Source of the DNA: Minisyncoccota bacterium
GTDB lineage: Bacteria; Patescibacteriota; Minisyncoccia; Phycocordibacterales; JAACPR01
Reading direction: 5' to 3'
DNA length: 64,000 nucleotides
Assembly: GCA_041674225.1 (NCBI GenBank)
Contig: JBAYWG010000001.1
Location: 38,501 to 102,500, forward strand
Positions 41,203-50,957 of this stretch are shown here, in pieces; the first letter of the stretch is position 1, and every line of letters begins with the position of its first letter. The notes below the pieces were generated by a model, which was not told the origin of the DNA, did no database searches, and worked only from the letters and a program-made list of their open reading frames with translations. A program made the position numbers and the translations under genes.

Positions 41203-42567
41203 TTAAGCAATTTTATTTGCGTTCTTATTTTGTTCTTTAAAATCTGAGATTTTATTAGAAACAACTTTTAGAGATCTTTGTTTCTTGAAATATAGAGCTA
41301 TCGCTGTACTCCATACTGCGATTAGAGCAAAAATTCCAAGAGCTTTTGCAATATCACTTGCTCCTGTATAAGGAACTTGTGATAGAAAGATTGAATCCAA
41401 AGATGAAAGATTACCTGTTGGTGTACCTAAGTTTGTTCCAGTAGTTACTGTAACTCTTCGGTCATCATCATCATTATCATCGTCATCATCATCCTCGTCT
41501 TCTACACGAACATCAGGACATTCGTCAGTAGCTCGGTCGCCATTAGCGTCACGTACTTCTACTGAAACTTCGTATGTCCCTCTTCGGTTGTAACGAACTC
41601 TTTCTTCGTCATCATCTCCAGAGATATCACCTTTCCATTCAATTCGGTATGATGATCTTCCTCCATCGATTTCAACTTCATAAGTCACTGTGTCTCCTTC
41701 CTCGATTCGAGTATCAGAAACTCTACAGATAATATTTAGATCGTCATCATCGTCATCGTTTGACTGAACAATGTGAGTTGTTGTACTACAATTAACATTG
41801 TTTACACTGCTACTTGCGTTACCAACATTACTACAATGAGCATTAATAGAGTTATCTGTAATAATTACATCGTCATCACTGTAGTTTAGATTTAATCCAA
41901 GAGCGTTCATTCCACCACCTTGTGAACCTCCACCTCCACAACCTGATCCAGAACATCCTCCTCCATTAGAACCTCCACCACCTTGTGAACCTCCTCCATT
42001 ATAACCTCCACCGTTAGATCCTCCTCCAGTGTAACCACCGTTAGAACCTGATCCACCTCCTAGGTAAGAATCGATGTAACTATCTGCTACACCATATCCA
42101 CCATAGTCGTAACCAGCGTAGTCATATCCACCGTAATCGTAACCAGCGTAGTCATATCCACCATAGTCGTAACCAGCGTAGTCATATCCACCGTAGTCGT
42201 AACCAGCGTAGTCATATCCACCGTAATCGTATCCAGCGTAGTCATATCCACCGTAATCGTATCCAGCGTAGTCATATCCACCGTAGTCATAACCAGAGTA
42301 ATCGTATCCACCGTAGTCGTATCCACTGTAGTCATACCCACCGTAATCATAACCAGAGTAATCGTATCCACCGTAATCGTATCCACCGTAGTCGTATCCA
42401 CCGTAGTCGTATCCACTTGATCCATAATCATATCCTCCACCGTAGTCATACCCACCGTAGTCGTATTGAGCTGATGCGTTTTCAATATTGAAAACACCGA
42501 AAGCTGTAAATACTACAAAAAGTAATACGAAAGCGTTAATGATGTTTAATTGTTTTTTGATAATCAT
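41203..42567 (-). CDS. Secreted YDYGG-repeat / Gly-rich / Asp-rich surface protein with a C-terminal VPYTG motif, TM helix and basic tail (candidate sortase substrate)
   Basis: A signal peptide is followed by about 25 copies of (G/S/A)YDYGGYDY, then a GGSNGGG region. An Ig-like segment between poly-Asp runs comes next, and the C-terminus reads VPYTGAS...IFALIAVWSTAIALYF-KKQRSLK. Confidence 0.7.
   Translation of the reverse strand: MIIKKQLNIINAFVLLFVVFTAFGVFNIENASAQYDYGGYDYGGGYDYGSSGYDYGGYDYGGYDYGGYDYSGYDYGGYDYSGYDYGGYDYSGYDYGGYDYAGYDYGGYDYAGYDYGGYDYAGYDYGGYDYAGYDYGGYDYAGYDYGGYDYAGYDYGGYGVADSYIDSYLGGGSGSNGGYTGGGSNGGGYNGGGSQGGGGSNGGGCSGSGCGGGGSQGGGMNALGLNLNYSDDDVIITDNSINAHCSNVGNASSSVNNVNCSTTTHIVQSNDDDDDDLNIICRVSDTRIEEGDTVTYEVEIDGGRSSYRIEWKGDISGDDDEERVRYNRRGTYEVSVEVRDANGDRATDECPDVRVEDEDDDDDDNDDDDRRVTVTTGTNLGTPTGNLSSLDSIFLSQVPYTGASDIAKALGIFALIAVWSTAIALYFKKQRSLKVVSNKISDFKEQNKNANKIA
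42091..42470. repeat. Near-perfect 30-bp tandem DNA repeat encoding the YDYGGYDYxG array
   Basis: The unit gtcatatccaccgtaatcgtaaccagcgta is repeated about 12 times, with only occasional a/g and t/c changes. Confidence 0.8.
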
Positions 42568-42733
42568 GATAATTGTTTTATATAAGATAATTTGAACATT
42601 ACACTAAATTTGTAACGTATTTATATGATAACATTTTTATATACAAATGTCAATCCTTATCTTTACTTTAAATAAAAATGCCTCGCCGTCTGAATTAACA
42701 AACGACGAGGACATTGAGCAAGATTTTCACTTA

Positions 42734-43411
42734 CTATTCCGCAAGGATGTACGGCACAACGACCGTCTCATTCCTCGAAGTACTGAAGACACTGAAGGTC
42801 TTGATTTCCTTACCGCTCGCCAACCGACGAACGTCAGGGTTAGTCGAGGCCGATTCCCCATTTACAGGTCCTCGCGGACCGACGAAGGTTTTGATTTTTT
42901 CGCCAGTATCCGGGTGGGTCCCGTCTTCCAGTCTCCAGCCGACGTTGTCACCGATAGTGACAGGGGTACTCGATTGAGCACCACTACCCCTCACAACAGT
43001 CTTGCGAACCACATGGTAAGCACCAGTGGCAGAAGCCTCGAGTTTCTCACCCGGAAACAACTTGTTGCTGGTAATCGCCTTGAAGATCTTCGCGTCTGCA
43101 GGGTCTGGGTCATGCATCAACCCCAACATAAAGACTTCGCCTTCATGCGACCACCCAGCGAACGTGTCCACCGGTTCTCCAACCTTGGTGTACATGTCGC
43201 ACAAGCGGATGATCTGAGGCCAAGCGTTACAATCGGAGCCATAAGCCTCGACGAATTTTTGCCACAAATCCTGTTTCACCAAGCCAGGCTTGACGTCGAG
43301 GACAACCGAAGGATTCGCGTCAGGCATCTTAACGACACCTTGAGCCTGTGAATTACCGGTGATAAAAAATACCACCGCCGTCATGATGATTGCAATTGCT
43401 GCGTTTTTCAT
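42734..43411 (-). CDS. Secreted hypothetical protein (225 aa, signal peptide)
   Basis: The N-terminus MKNAAIAIIMTAVVFFITGNSQAQG is a clear Sec signal peptide. The region has higher GC, and a terminator hairpin sits downstream at about 42681-42712. The opposite-strand ORF at 42647-43351 is judged spurious. Confidence 0.5.
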   Translation of the reverse strand: MKNAAIAIIMTAVVFFITGNSQAQGVVKMPDANPSVVLDVKPGLVKQDLWQKFVEAYGSDCNAWPQIIRLCDMYTKVGEPVDTFAGWSHEGEVFMLGLMHDPDPADAKIFKAITSNKLFPGEKLEASATGAYHVVRKTVVRGSGAQSSTPVTIGDNVGWRLEDGTHPDTGEKIKTFVGPRGPVNGESASTNPDVRRLASGKEIKTFSVFSTSRNETVVVPYILAE

Positions 43412-43521
43412 AATAATCTTAATCTTGTTTTTGGTTTGTGAATGATTCTCTGATTCCCAAATAGCATAGCATATTATACGGATTTGTCAACAGTCACTAA
43501 ATACCCCATACATAAAGAAAA

Positions 43522-43554
43522 AACCGTAATCGCGCATTACACACGATTACGGTT
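43522..43554 (-). terminator. Intrinsic terminator after the FGEIRGG-repeat gene
   Basis: aaccgtaatcg-cgcattacaca-cgattacggtt forms an 11-bp stem. On the minus strand it is followed by TTTTTTCTTTATG. Confidence 0.5.
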
Positions 43555-43562
43555 AGTGATTT

Positions 43563-44600
43563 TTACCTCCTGATTCCAGACATCATTCCATGAATCATCT
43601 GCCCTAGGGAAGGATGATTCTGATGAGAGTCTCTTCCACCTCTTTCACGTTGAAAGTCTTGTAGACATCTCTCCCGATAGTCAGGACGATAAGGTCCTGT
43701 ACGATACATTGGTGACCGCACCGGTGATCGATTATTTGTTGTAAAGAAATTATTTCTTGGCGCCATATGATTCGCCATAAAGAAATTATTTCTCGGCTGC
43801 TCTCTGTAAGAAGTACGGGGATGTGTCGTTGTAAAACAATCATCTCTCGGTAACTCTCTGTAAGAAGTACGAGTAGGTATCACTTCCGCACGATAAATAG
43901 GTTGAGTCCGAACATGTTCTCTCACAACTGGTCGTTCACAAGTAACTTGAGGTTGTCCTATTTCTACACACCCAAGATTCAAGGATGACTCACAATTACC
44001 AACGGTATTTGTCACACCACGAATTTCTCCAAATGTTGTAGAAGCAGCACGACGATTGTCGTGAATGATTGCTGTTCTTCCACGGATTTCTCCGAAGGTT
44101 ACATCCACACTACGACTATCCTCATGAATCATCGTTTTGCCACCACGGATTTCTCCGAAGGAAACATCGACATTTCTGTGGTCTTCACAAATAACGGTTG
44201 CACCGCCACGGATTTCACCGAAGGTTACACTAACACTACGGCTATCATCTTCAATAATAGTCATACCACCGCGAATTTCTCCGAAATTCACAACTGAACT
44301 GCGTTCATCCCGAACAATCTTTATTCCACCATAAACTTCTCCAAAGGTCACGAGGTATTGCTCGGGCTCAGGAGGTTCATCTCCACCGCTCTTGTCCCAG
44401 GGTATACCTGGTGTAGGAACGGGTTTAATATACGGATCACCAAAAAGTGGTATTGGGGGGATTTCGTCGGACTTTTCCGCACCAGGAACTGGTGGAGGAA
44501 GAATGCGACCATCGTCATCAGGCTTTACATTTCCATCATCCGAACTGACATTCACCGACATCATACCAAGCGTGAAAAATATCAAGTAAGTAATTTTCAT
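43563..44600 (-). CDS. Secreted protein with six 22-aa tandem repeats (TFGEIRGGxTxIxEDxRSVxV) and a Pro/Arg/Tyr-rich C-terminal region
   Basis: A signal peptide and Pro-rich linker are followed by the repeat block, then a Cys-containing segment and an R/Y/P-rich tail (SYRELPR.../SYREQPR...). Confidence 0.55.
   Translation of the reverse strand: MKITYLIFFTLGMMSVNVSSDDGNVKPDDDGRILPPPVPGAEKSDEIPPIPLFGDPYIKPVPTPGIPWDKSGGDEPPEPEQYLVTFGEVYGGIKIVRDERSSVVNFGEIRGGMTIIEDDSRSVSVTFGEIRGGATVICEDHRNVDVSFGEIRGGKTMIHEDSRSVDVTFGEIRGRTAIIHDNRRAASTTFGEIRGVTNTVGNCESSLNLGCVEIGQPQVTCERPVVREHVRTQPIYRAEVIPTRTSYRELPRDDCFTTTHPRTSYREQPRNNFFMANHMAPRNNFFTTNNRSPVRSPMYRTGPYRPDYRERCLQDFQRERGGRDSHQNHPSLGQMIHGMMSGIRR
43990..44350. 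repeat. Imperfect ~66-bp tandem repeats (6 copies) encoding the FGEIRGG 22-aa units
   Basis: ccacggatttctccgaaggt..., ccgccacggatttcaccgaaggt... and ccaccgcgaatttctccgaaat... recur at about 66-bp spacing. Confidence 0.7.
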
Positions 44601-44694
44601 ATTTAAATAACTGGGTTGCGCTCGACGTTTTGTCGGGCTATTTCAAAATAAGAATACCATATTTAGCCAGCAGAGTCAAAACAAAAAAATCCGA

Positions 44695-45411
44695 TTACCC
44701 CTTAATCACAGCATCCACCACCCACCTATCACTCTTAGTTCCAAAAGAATTACATGTAGAAATTGTTAGTCTTCTTCCACTTCTACTCAAATCTATAAAA
44801 GCACTCTCGGCATCAGCTTGATACACCTTCTCAATAACATAAGTGTATTTTTGACCGTTCGCATATAAAATAATCTCATCACCTATTTTTGACTTCTCTA
44901 TTCCATTAAAAGTTTTGTAAGCTTGATTGATCACGACTGGCAAACCACTACTGTGTCCAAAAATAAAAATATTTCCTTTTTCAATAAAACCAGAGCCAGG
45001 ATAATACACAGCACCTTTTTGCAAAGCAGAATCCAAGACATCAATCATCGGACTTTGTGGTTGCAAAACGACAGAATCAATTCCAACTGAAGGAATTAAA
45101 ATTCGTGAAGGTTTAGATAATTGTGTCTCTGTTGGTGCCACTGCCAATTGCGAATTGTCTTCACTTCTCAAAATTCTTCCTTCTCGATCACGCACATAAC
45201 TCACCTCTTCTAGAGAATTCGGATCGCTAATAGAGGTATTTGTAGAATAATTTATTTTTTCTTTCTCTTCTTGCTTATTAGTAGTAGTAAATTCTTTTGG
45301 AATTAAATTTTTAGGAAGTAGCCCAAATAATGCAAAAACAAAAATAGAAACTAAAAAAATTCCAGCAGCTTGGGTCCAGAAAAGTGCGTTCTCGTTTTTT
45401 TTAAGACTCAT
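44695..45411 (-). CDS. Sortase-family transpeptidase
   Basis: An N-terminal TM anchor is followed by catalytic-region motifs: FIFGHSSG (His), TISTCNSFG (Cys in a TxxTC context) and a downstream Arg. Confidence 0.7.
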   Translation of the reverse strand: MSLKKNENALFWTQAAGIFLVSIFVFALFGLLPKNLIPKEFTTTNKQEEKEKINYSTNTSISDPNSLEEVSYVRDREGRILRSEDNSQLAVAPTETQLSKPSRILIPSVGIDSVVLQPQSPMIDVLDSALQKGAVYYPGSGFIEKGNIFIFGHSSGLPVVINQAYKTFNGIEKSKIGDEIILYANGQKYTYVIEKVYQADAESAFIDLSRSGRRLTISTCNSFGTKSDRWVVDAVIKG

Positions 45412-45518
45412 TGCTCATCATTATACTGATTTTTCGCAGTTTAGTAAAATTGTTTTTTTAACTTGCTTTAAGTGCTCAATGCAATTATTATAATCAAATC
45501 GTTAATTTAGCGATTTTT

Positions 45519-45604
45519 GCGTAGGTGGCAGAGCGGTCAAATGCAGCGGACTGTAAATCCGCCGACTTCGGTCTACGGGGGTTCGAATCCCTCTCTACGC
45601 ACCA
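45519..45604 (+). tRNA. tRNA-Tyr (anticodon GTA), with encoded CCA
   Basis: Cloverleaf by hand: acceptor gcgtagg/tctacgc, anticodon stem gcgga/tccgc, loop ctGTAaa, a long variable arm and the T-loop ttcgaat. Confidence 0.85.
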
Positions 45605-45643
45605 AAACAAAAACACTCTCATTTCTGAGAGTGTTTTTGTTTT
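45605..45643. terminator. Bidirectional terminator between tRNA-Tyr and clpB
   Basis: aaaacactctc-attt-ctgagagtgtttt has T-tracts on both strands. Confidence 0.5.
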
Positions 45644-48332
45644 ATCCAACTAAACTACTTTCATTAATCTCACTCTCCTTAAACATCTTCTGATGCTTCC
45701 CCTTTGAAATTCCAAAAGTAAATTCTTTTCCAGAAATTCCTACAGCAAGATTATCTCCTTCTCCCAATCCGCTAGCGATTATCAATTGCGCAGCAGGGTT
45801 CAAAATTTTTGTTTGAATTAATCGCTTCAAAGGTCGTGCACCATAATGTGGATCATATCCTTCTTCTGCCAAGAATTTCAAAACAGCAGGAGATGTCTTC
45901 ATCTTGATTCCCTTTTGTTCCAATCTTTGACTCACAATACCAATTTGAATTTCCACAATCTTCTTGATTGCTTCTTTGTCCAAAATATCAAATATGATTG
46001 TCTCATCTAGACGGTTCAAAAATTCTGGTCGGAAATGTTCTTTCAAAGCTTTCTCAACATTTGTTTTTGTTTCATCATATTGTTCGCTGTCTGTCGCACC
46101 ATCATTGAATCCAATTTTTTCCATTTTATCGATATATTCAGCACCAATATTTGAAGTCAAAATAATCACAGTGTTTTTAAAGTTCACAGTTCTTCCTTTT
46201 GCATCTGTTAAGTGACCGTTGTCCAAAACTTGTAGAAGAATATTGAAAACTTCAGGATGAGCTTTCTCAATTTCATCAAATAGAATTACAGCATATGGAC
46301 GATGTCGCACCATCTCTGTTAGGTTTCCACCTTCTTCGTGTCCAACATATCCAGGAGGTGAACCAATCAATTTTGAAACAGAATGTCTTTCCATGAATTC
46401 AGACATATCTACACGTATTAAAGCTTTTTCATCATCGAACAAATACTCAGCAAGAGTTTTCGTTAACTCAGTTTTTCCAACTCCAGTAGGTCCCAAGAAA
46501 ATAAATGAACCAATCGGGCGATTTGGATCAGAAATACCAGCTCGTGAACGACGAATAGTATCTGAAACTTTTTTCACCGCGTCGTTTTGCCCAATCAGTC
46601 TCTTCTTCAAATAACTTTCCATTCGTGAAAGTTTTTCTACTTCTTCTTCGAGCATTCTCTCTACAGGGATTCCTGTCCAACGAGAAACAACAGTAGCAAT
46701 ATCTTCTTCTGTAATTTCTTCTTTCAAAATTTGTCTTGATCTTTGAAGTTGTTGTAATCTTCTTTCTTCTGTTTTTAGATCTTTTTCAAATTGAGGAATT
46801 TCCGCATAACGAATTTCTGCGGCTCGAGATAAATCTGCACGAGTTTCAGCCACATCTGCTTCTGTTCGCAAACTTTCTAAATTTGATTTGATATTTTTAA
46901 TTGAAATAATTGTTTCTTTTTCGTTTTTCCATTTTAGCTCTAGCTCTGAAGTTGAAGCTTTTAGATCAGAAATTTTTGATTCAATTTCAGTCAGACGATC
47001 TGAGGTTTTTTTAGTTTTTTTAGTTTCCTTTTTTAGAGCCTCTCTTTCAATTTCAAGACGCATTATTTTTCTTCTAGCATCTTCAAGTTCTTCTGGCATA
47101 TTTTCTAAACTAATTTTCAAAGTAGAAGCAGCTTCATCTATCAAGTCCACGGCTTTATCTGGCAAAAATCTATCAGTGATATATCGAGACGAAAGTTCTA
47201 CAGCAGAAACGATAGCATCATCAGAAATTCTCACACCGTGATACAACTCGTACTTTTCTTTTATACCTCGCAAAATCGCCACAGCATCTTCTATGTTTGG
47301 CTCTGCTACATGCACAGGTTGAAACCGTCTTGTAAGAGCAGCGTCTTTTTCGATGTGTTTTTGATATTCTTTTATTGTTGTAGCTCCTATAGCTTTCAAT
47401 TCTCCACGAGCAAGAGCAGGCTTCAACATGTTTGAAGCATCCATTGAACCCTCCGCGGCACCAGCACCAGCAAGAGTGTGAATCTCGTCAATAAACAAAA
47501 TTATTTTTCCGTCAGCTTGTTTTATTTCTTTAACAATTTTTTTCAAACGATCTTCGAATTCTCCACGATATTTTGTACCAGCAATAAGAGAACCTAAATC
47601 AAGAGAAACCAATTCTTTATCTTTCAAAGATTCAGGAACATCACCTGAAGCAATCCTGTTTGCAAGACCTTCCACAATTGCAGTTTTTCCAACTCCGGCT
47701 TCTCCTATAAGAATAGGGTTGTTTTTTGTTCTTCGTGACAAGATTTGTATAACGCGATTTATTTCTCTATCTCTTCCAATCACAGGATCAAGACCTTTTT
47801 CTCGCGCTCTATCTGTTAGATTTACAGTAAATTTTTGGAGTGATTTTGTTGAAGCTTGTCCTGATTCGAAACCTTCGTCCGATGACTTCATTCCTTCTAG
47901 AACTCCGACAATCGTTACTCGATTTACTTTAAATTTTTCTAAAATATCTCGCGCTGAACATTTTGTATCTACGATTGATAACAGAAGATGCTCAACTGAA
48001 ACAAATTCCTCACCAAGATCTGCAGCAACCTTGATTGAATGATCAATAATTTGAGCCAAATCAGGAGAAAGATAAAGCTGATATGAAGGAGAAACAGTCT
48101 GAGAACTTTCCGGTGCTTCTATTTCATCCAAAAGTGAATCTGTTAGTAAAACAATATCAACTTTTAGTTTATCCAAAATAGAACTCACAATACTTTCTTC
48201 TTGTAAAATAAGTGCTGTCAGTAAATGAGAAGAACTCACGTGATTTTGCCCACGCTCCACAGCCAATTCGTGCGCATGACGAATCGCTTCTCTAGCTTTT
48301 GTATTAAAATTTTTGAATGGTGGTTGTTGCAT
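45642..48332 (-). CDS. clpB: ClpB-type AAA+ disaggregase (two AAA domains plus a long coiled-coil middle domain)
   Basis: It has a Clp_N domain, Walker [10 protein letters not shown] and GPTGVGKTE, a roughly 120-aa M-domain between the NBDs, and 896 aa in total. Confidence 0.9.
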   Translation of the reverse strand: MQQPPFKNFNTKAREAIRHAHELAVERGQNHVSSSHLLTALILQEESIVSSILDKLKVDIVLLTDSLLDEIEAPESSQTVSPSYQLYLSPDLAQIIDHSIKVAADLGEEFVSVEHLLLSIVDTKCSARDILEKFKVNRVTIVGVLEGMKSSDEGFESGQASTKSLQKFTVNLTDRAREKGLDPVIGRDREINRVIQILSRRTKNNPILIGEAGVGKTAIVEGLANRIASGDVPESLKDKELVSLDLGSLIAGTKYRGEFEDRLKKIVKEIKQADGKIILFIDEIHTLAGAGAAEGSMDASNMLKPALARGELKAIGATTIKEYQKHIEKDAALTRRFQPVHVAEPNIEDAVAILRGIKEKYELYHGVRISDDAIVSAVELSSRYITDRFLPDKAVDLIDEAASTLKISLENMPEELEDARRKIMRLEIEREALKKETKKTKKTSDRLTEIESKISDLKASTSELELKWKNEKETIISIKNIKSNLESLRTEADVAETRADLSRAAEIRYAEIPQFEKDLKTEERRLQQLQRSRQILKEEITEEDIATVVSRWTGIPVERMLEEEVEKLSRMESYLKKRLIGQNDAVKKVSDTIRRSRAGISDPNRPIGSFIFLGPTGVGKTELTKTLAEYLFDDEKALIRVDMSEFMERHSVSKLIGSPPGYVGHEEGGNLTEMVRHRPYAVILFDEIEKAHPEVFNILLQVLDNGHLTDAKGRTVNFKNTVIILTSNIGAEYIDKMEKIGFNDGATDSEQYDETKTNVEKALKEHFRPEFLNRLDETIIFDILDKEAIKKIVEIQIGIVSQRLEQKGIKMKTSPAVLKFLAEEGYDPHYGARPLKRLIQTKILNPAAQLIIASGLGEGDNLAVGISGKEFTFGISKGKHQKMFKESEINESSLVG

Positions 48333-48344
48333 ATTTTTTTGAAA

Positions 48345-49193
48345 TTAAATTCCCATTGATGACTTAATAGAATTTGATGAAATAAATGCTCCTCCGCTTG
48401 CTCCCATAATTCTAATTCCAACAATTTCACCTTTTAATGTCATTAGGATTGATCCTCTAATAATTGTGTCTGCTGAAATTGATGTGTTAATTAAATTAAT
48501 AGTTTGAGATGGTTGTTCTGTAGAAGAAATATTTTCTTCTGAAATTACTCCTGCACTAGATTCTAAACTTGTCACAATACCTGTCGACACTAGATTTCTG
48601 TCTACTCCTCCTAATGCAATGACAGACTGAGCTAGTTTAATATTTTGAGAGTTTCCAAATCCTGCAGCTGTAAAAGTTTTTCCTTCTTCAACACCTTTTG
48701 GCGTAAACACAATCGCACCATTTCTTGGTGGAGTGCTTAAATCAACTTCATAACTTCCTTCTGGATATTCTGCGTAAAACTTCTGACTCATTTCCAAGAC
48801 TGTTGATGAGGTCAAAATCTTTCCATCATTTGAAACGACTACCCCCAAACCTATAAAGAATTTTTCATTTGTTCTGTTTACTCCATAAATTCTCGCTAAA
48901 CTTTTTGCATTTTTTTCTACAGCTTCTACAGTTAGGTCTTCTTGATTTACGACCACAGTCTCTACAATTCTTTCAACAGGTCTAGGGTTATTTGTCGCAA
49001 CATTTGTCACAGACTCCACAACAGGATCCACAACTCTCTCGATTGTTCTCTCTACAACACGATTAATTGTTTGAGCTACAGGCTTAGGAGCTTGGTCTAA
49101 AAGCGAAACAGTAGTGATTCCAGTCGCAACCGAAGACACAAAACTAACTAGTAGACATAGCAGCACGATTTGTTGAGCGTTTAGGTCATTCAT
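48345..49193 (-). CDS. Membrane-anchored secreted protein with a trypsin-like (HtrA-like) beta-barrel signature whose catalytic residues appear unconserved
   Basis: An N-terminal TM helix is followed by GLGVVVSNDGKILTSSTVL (His position occupied by Ser) and GGAFISS instead of GDSGGP. This is a low-confidence call. Confidence 0.4.
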   Translation of the reverse strand: MNDLNAQQIVLLCLLVSFVSSVATGITTVSLLDQAPKPVAQTINRVVERTIERVVDPVVESVTNVATNNPRPVERIVETVVVNQEDLTVEAVEKNAKSLARIYGVNRTNEKFFIGLGVVVSNDGKILTSSTVLEMSQKFYAEYPEGSYEVDLSTPPRNGAIVFTPKGVEEGKTFTAAGFGNSQNIKLAQSVIALGGVDRNLVSTGIVTSLESSAGVISEENISSTEQPSQTINLINTSISADTIIRGSILMTLKGEIVGIRIMGASGGAFISSNSIKSSMGI

Positions 49194-49212
49194 ATGCTCT
49201 ATAATACTGATT

Positions 49213-50427
49213 TTATACCTTTAAATCAAGTTTAAGATTTTCTAAAACCTTAATTACTTTTTTTAATTTTCTTATGTCAGTATCTCTACCAAAAGAAAAA
49301 CGAATCGAGGAACTAGCGCAATCTTTTTTGCCAATTGATTCGATAACATAAGAATAAGAAGTGTCTCCTAAACTCTTGCAAGCCGTAGTTGAGCTAACAA
49401 AAATATTTTTTGCATCCAGTGCCAAAACCAGAAATTCAGCATTGCTTCCCGGAAAACAAATATTTACATTATTTGGAAGTCTTTCTTTTTCATCTCCATT
49501 CAATGTAGCCCCTGGAAATTTGGTTAAAATTTCTTTTATAAAAAAATCTCGGAGTTTTGTTAACCTTTTTGATTCTGATTCACGATTTTTTTGAGTTTCT
49601 TTAAATGCTTCGGCACAACCTACAATTCCAGCCGTGTTTTCTGTACCAGCTCTTAAACCACTTTCTTGTGAACCTCCAAAAATAATTGGTGAAATAGGTA
49701 CTGAGTTTCTTTTATACAAAACCCCAACACCTTTTGGGCCATAAAACTTTCCTGCATCAATAGTCATCAAATCTACACCAAGCTTTTCTACTTGAACCGA
49801 AAAATAATTTACCGCTTGAGATGCGTCTGTATGGAAAAAAGGAAATTGATCTTTTTCTCTGCCGAAAGACTTTTTAAGTTCTATAATTTCTTTTCCGATT
49901 TTTGAAATTGGAAGGATTGTACCGATTTCATTGTTTGCAAACATGATGGAAATTAAAACTGTGTTTGGTTTTATGGCGGCGCGCACCGTCTGTGGATGTA
50001 TAAGTCCGTTTTGCAATACAGATAAGATTGTGACATCGGCACCCTCACTCGCCAATGTGCGCGCCGCTTCCATCACAGCAGGATGTTCAATCTCAGTAAT
50101 AATTAAATGTGGCTTTTCTCCATTTAATTCATTTTTAAACTTCTCATCAAATAAAAATTTTCGTACAACTCCCAAAAGTGCCAAATTCACAGACTCTGTT
50201 CCACTTCCAACAAAATAAACATCTTGCGCTTTAACAGATAATCCACGCGCTATTATTTCCCTAGATTCTTTAATTGCATTTTTAGCTAAAACTCCACCTT
50301 TATGAATTGAGGAAGCATTAAAAAATACATCTCTAAAATACGGTTTCATTTTTTTCAAAACCTTACCCGACACCGGAGTTGTGGATGCATAATCCAAATA
50401 TATTTTGCTGTTATTAAAATTAAACAT
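49213..50427 (-). CDS. Cysteine desulfurase / class V aminotransferase (IscS/NifS-like)
   Basis: The 404-aa ORF has a PLP-fold pattern (SGTESVNLA, the HTDASQA Lys-region equivalent) and a C-terminal active-site Cys region (SSTTACKS). Confidence 0.8.
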   Translation of the reverse strand: MFNFNNSKIYLDYASTTPVSGKVLKKMKPYFRDVFFNASSIHKGGVLAKNAIKESREIIARGLSVKAQDVYFVGSGTESVNLALLGVVRKFLFDEKFKNELNGEKPHLIITEIEHPAVMEAARTLASEGADVTILSVLQNGLIHPQTVRAAIKPNTVLISIMFANNEIGTILPISKIGKEIIELKKSFGREKDQFPFFHTDASQAVNYFSVQVEKLGVDLMTIDAGKFYGPKGVGVLYKRNSVPISPIIFGGSQESGLRAGTENTAGIVGCAEAFKETQKNRESESKRLTKLRDFFIKEILTKFPGATLNGDEKERLPNNVNICFPGSNAEFLVLALDAKNIFVSSTTACKSLGDTSYSYVIESIGKKDCASSSIRFSFGRDTDIRKLKKVIKVLENLKLDLKV

Positions 50428-50456
50428 AAATTAAATACTCGTGCTAAAATTATCTC

Positions 50457-50939
50457 ATGTTCACTATACCGCAAGAAATAATTATCTACATCATTGCTGC
50501 AATACTAATTTTAGTAGCTGTTTTAATAATGTGGATCGTTAGACTTGAATTAAAGTTAAAAACATTAACACGAGGTCAAAATGGTTTTAACATTGAAAGC
50601 ACTTTAAAATCAATTGAATCTGATTTAAATAATTTATTTTTATTTAAAGAAGACATTGAAAAATACTTAAAGAAAGTTGAAATTCGATTGAGACGAAGCG
50701 TTCAAGGAGTTTCAATAATGAGCTTTAAAGCATTCCAAGGATTAGATTCTGGTGGACATCAAAGCTTCGCTTCAGCCTTTTTAGATGAAAATGGTAACGG
50801 ATTAATCATCTCAACTCTACACTCGCGAGACAGGGTAAATGTTTTTGCTAAAGAAATAAAGCAATTCGCATCAGCAGTCAGTTTAACAGAAGAAGAAATC
50901 ACAGCGTTGACACAAGCCAAAGAATCGTGCAAGTTGTAG
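50457..50939 (+). CDS. Hypothetical membrane-anchored protein (DUF4446-like)
   Basis: The 160-aa ORF has an N-terminal TM helix followed by a coiled segment. The DUF4446 resemblance is recalled, not computed. Confidence 0.4.
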   Translation: MFTIPQEIIIYIIAAILILVAVLIMWIVRLELKLKTLTRGQNGFNIESTLKSIESDLNNLFLFKEDIEKYLKKVEIRLRRSVQGVSIMSFKAFQGLDSGGHQSFASAFLDENGNGLIISTLHSRDRVNVFAKEIKQFASAVSLTEEEITALTQAKESCKL

Positions 50940-50957
50940 ATATAACTCAAAACCTAT

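Noticed and set aside
42087-42497. 136-aa ORF (TTVDMTTL repeats) on the minus strand
   Set aside because: It is an alternative frame of the 30-bp tandem repeat inside the YDYGG-repeat gene, a repeat artefact.
42647-43351. 234-aa plus-strand ORF opposite the 225-aa secreted protein gene
   Set aside because: The minus-strand ORF has a textbook signal peptide and its own terminator. The plus-strand product is Arg/Ser/Thr-rich low-complexity, typical of antisense translation of a GC-richer gene.
44061-44334. Two plus-strand ORFs (78 and 65 aa) with internal repeats
   Set aside because: They are the antisense reading of the FGEIRGG repeat block; the periodicity comes from the DNA repeat.
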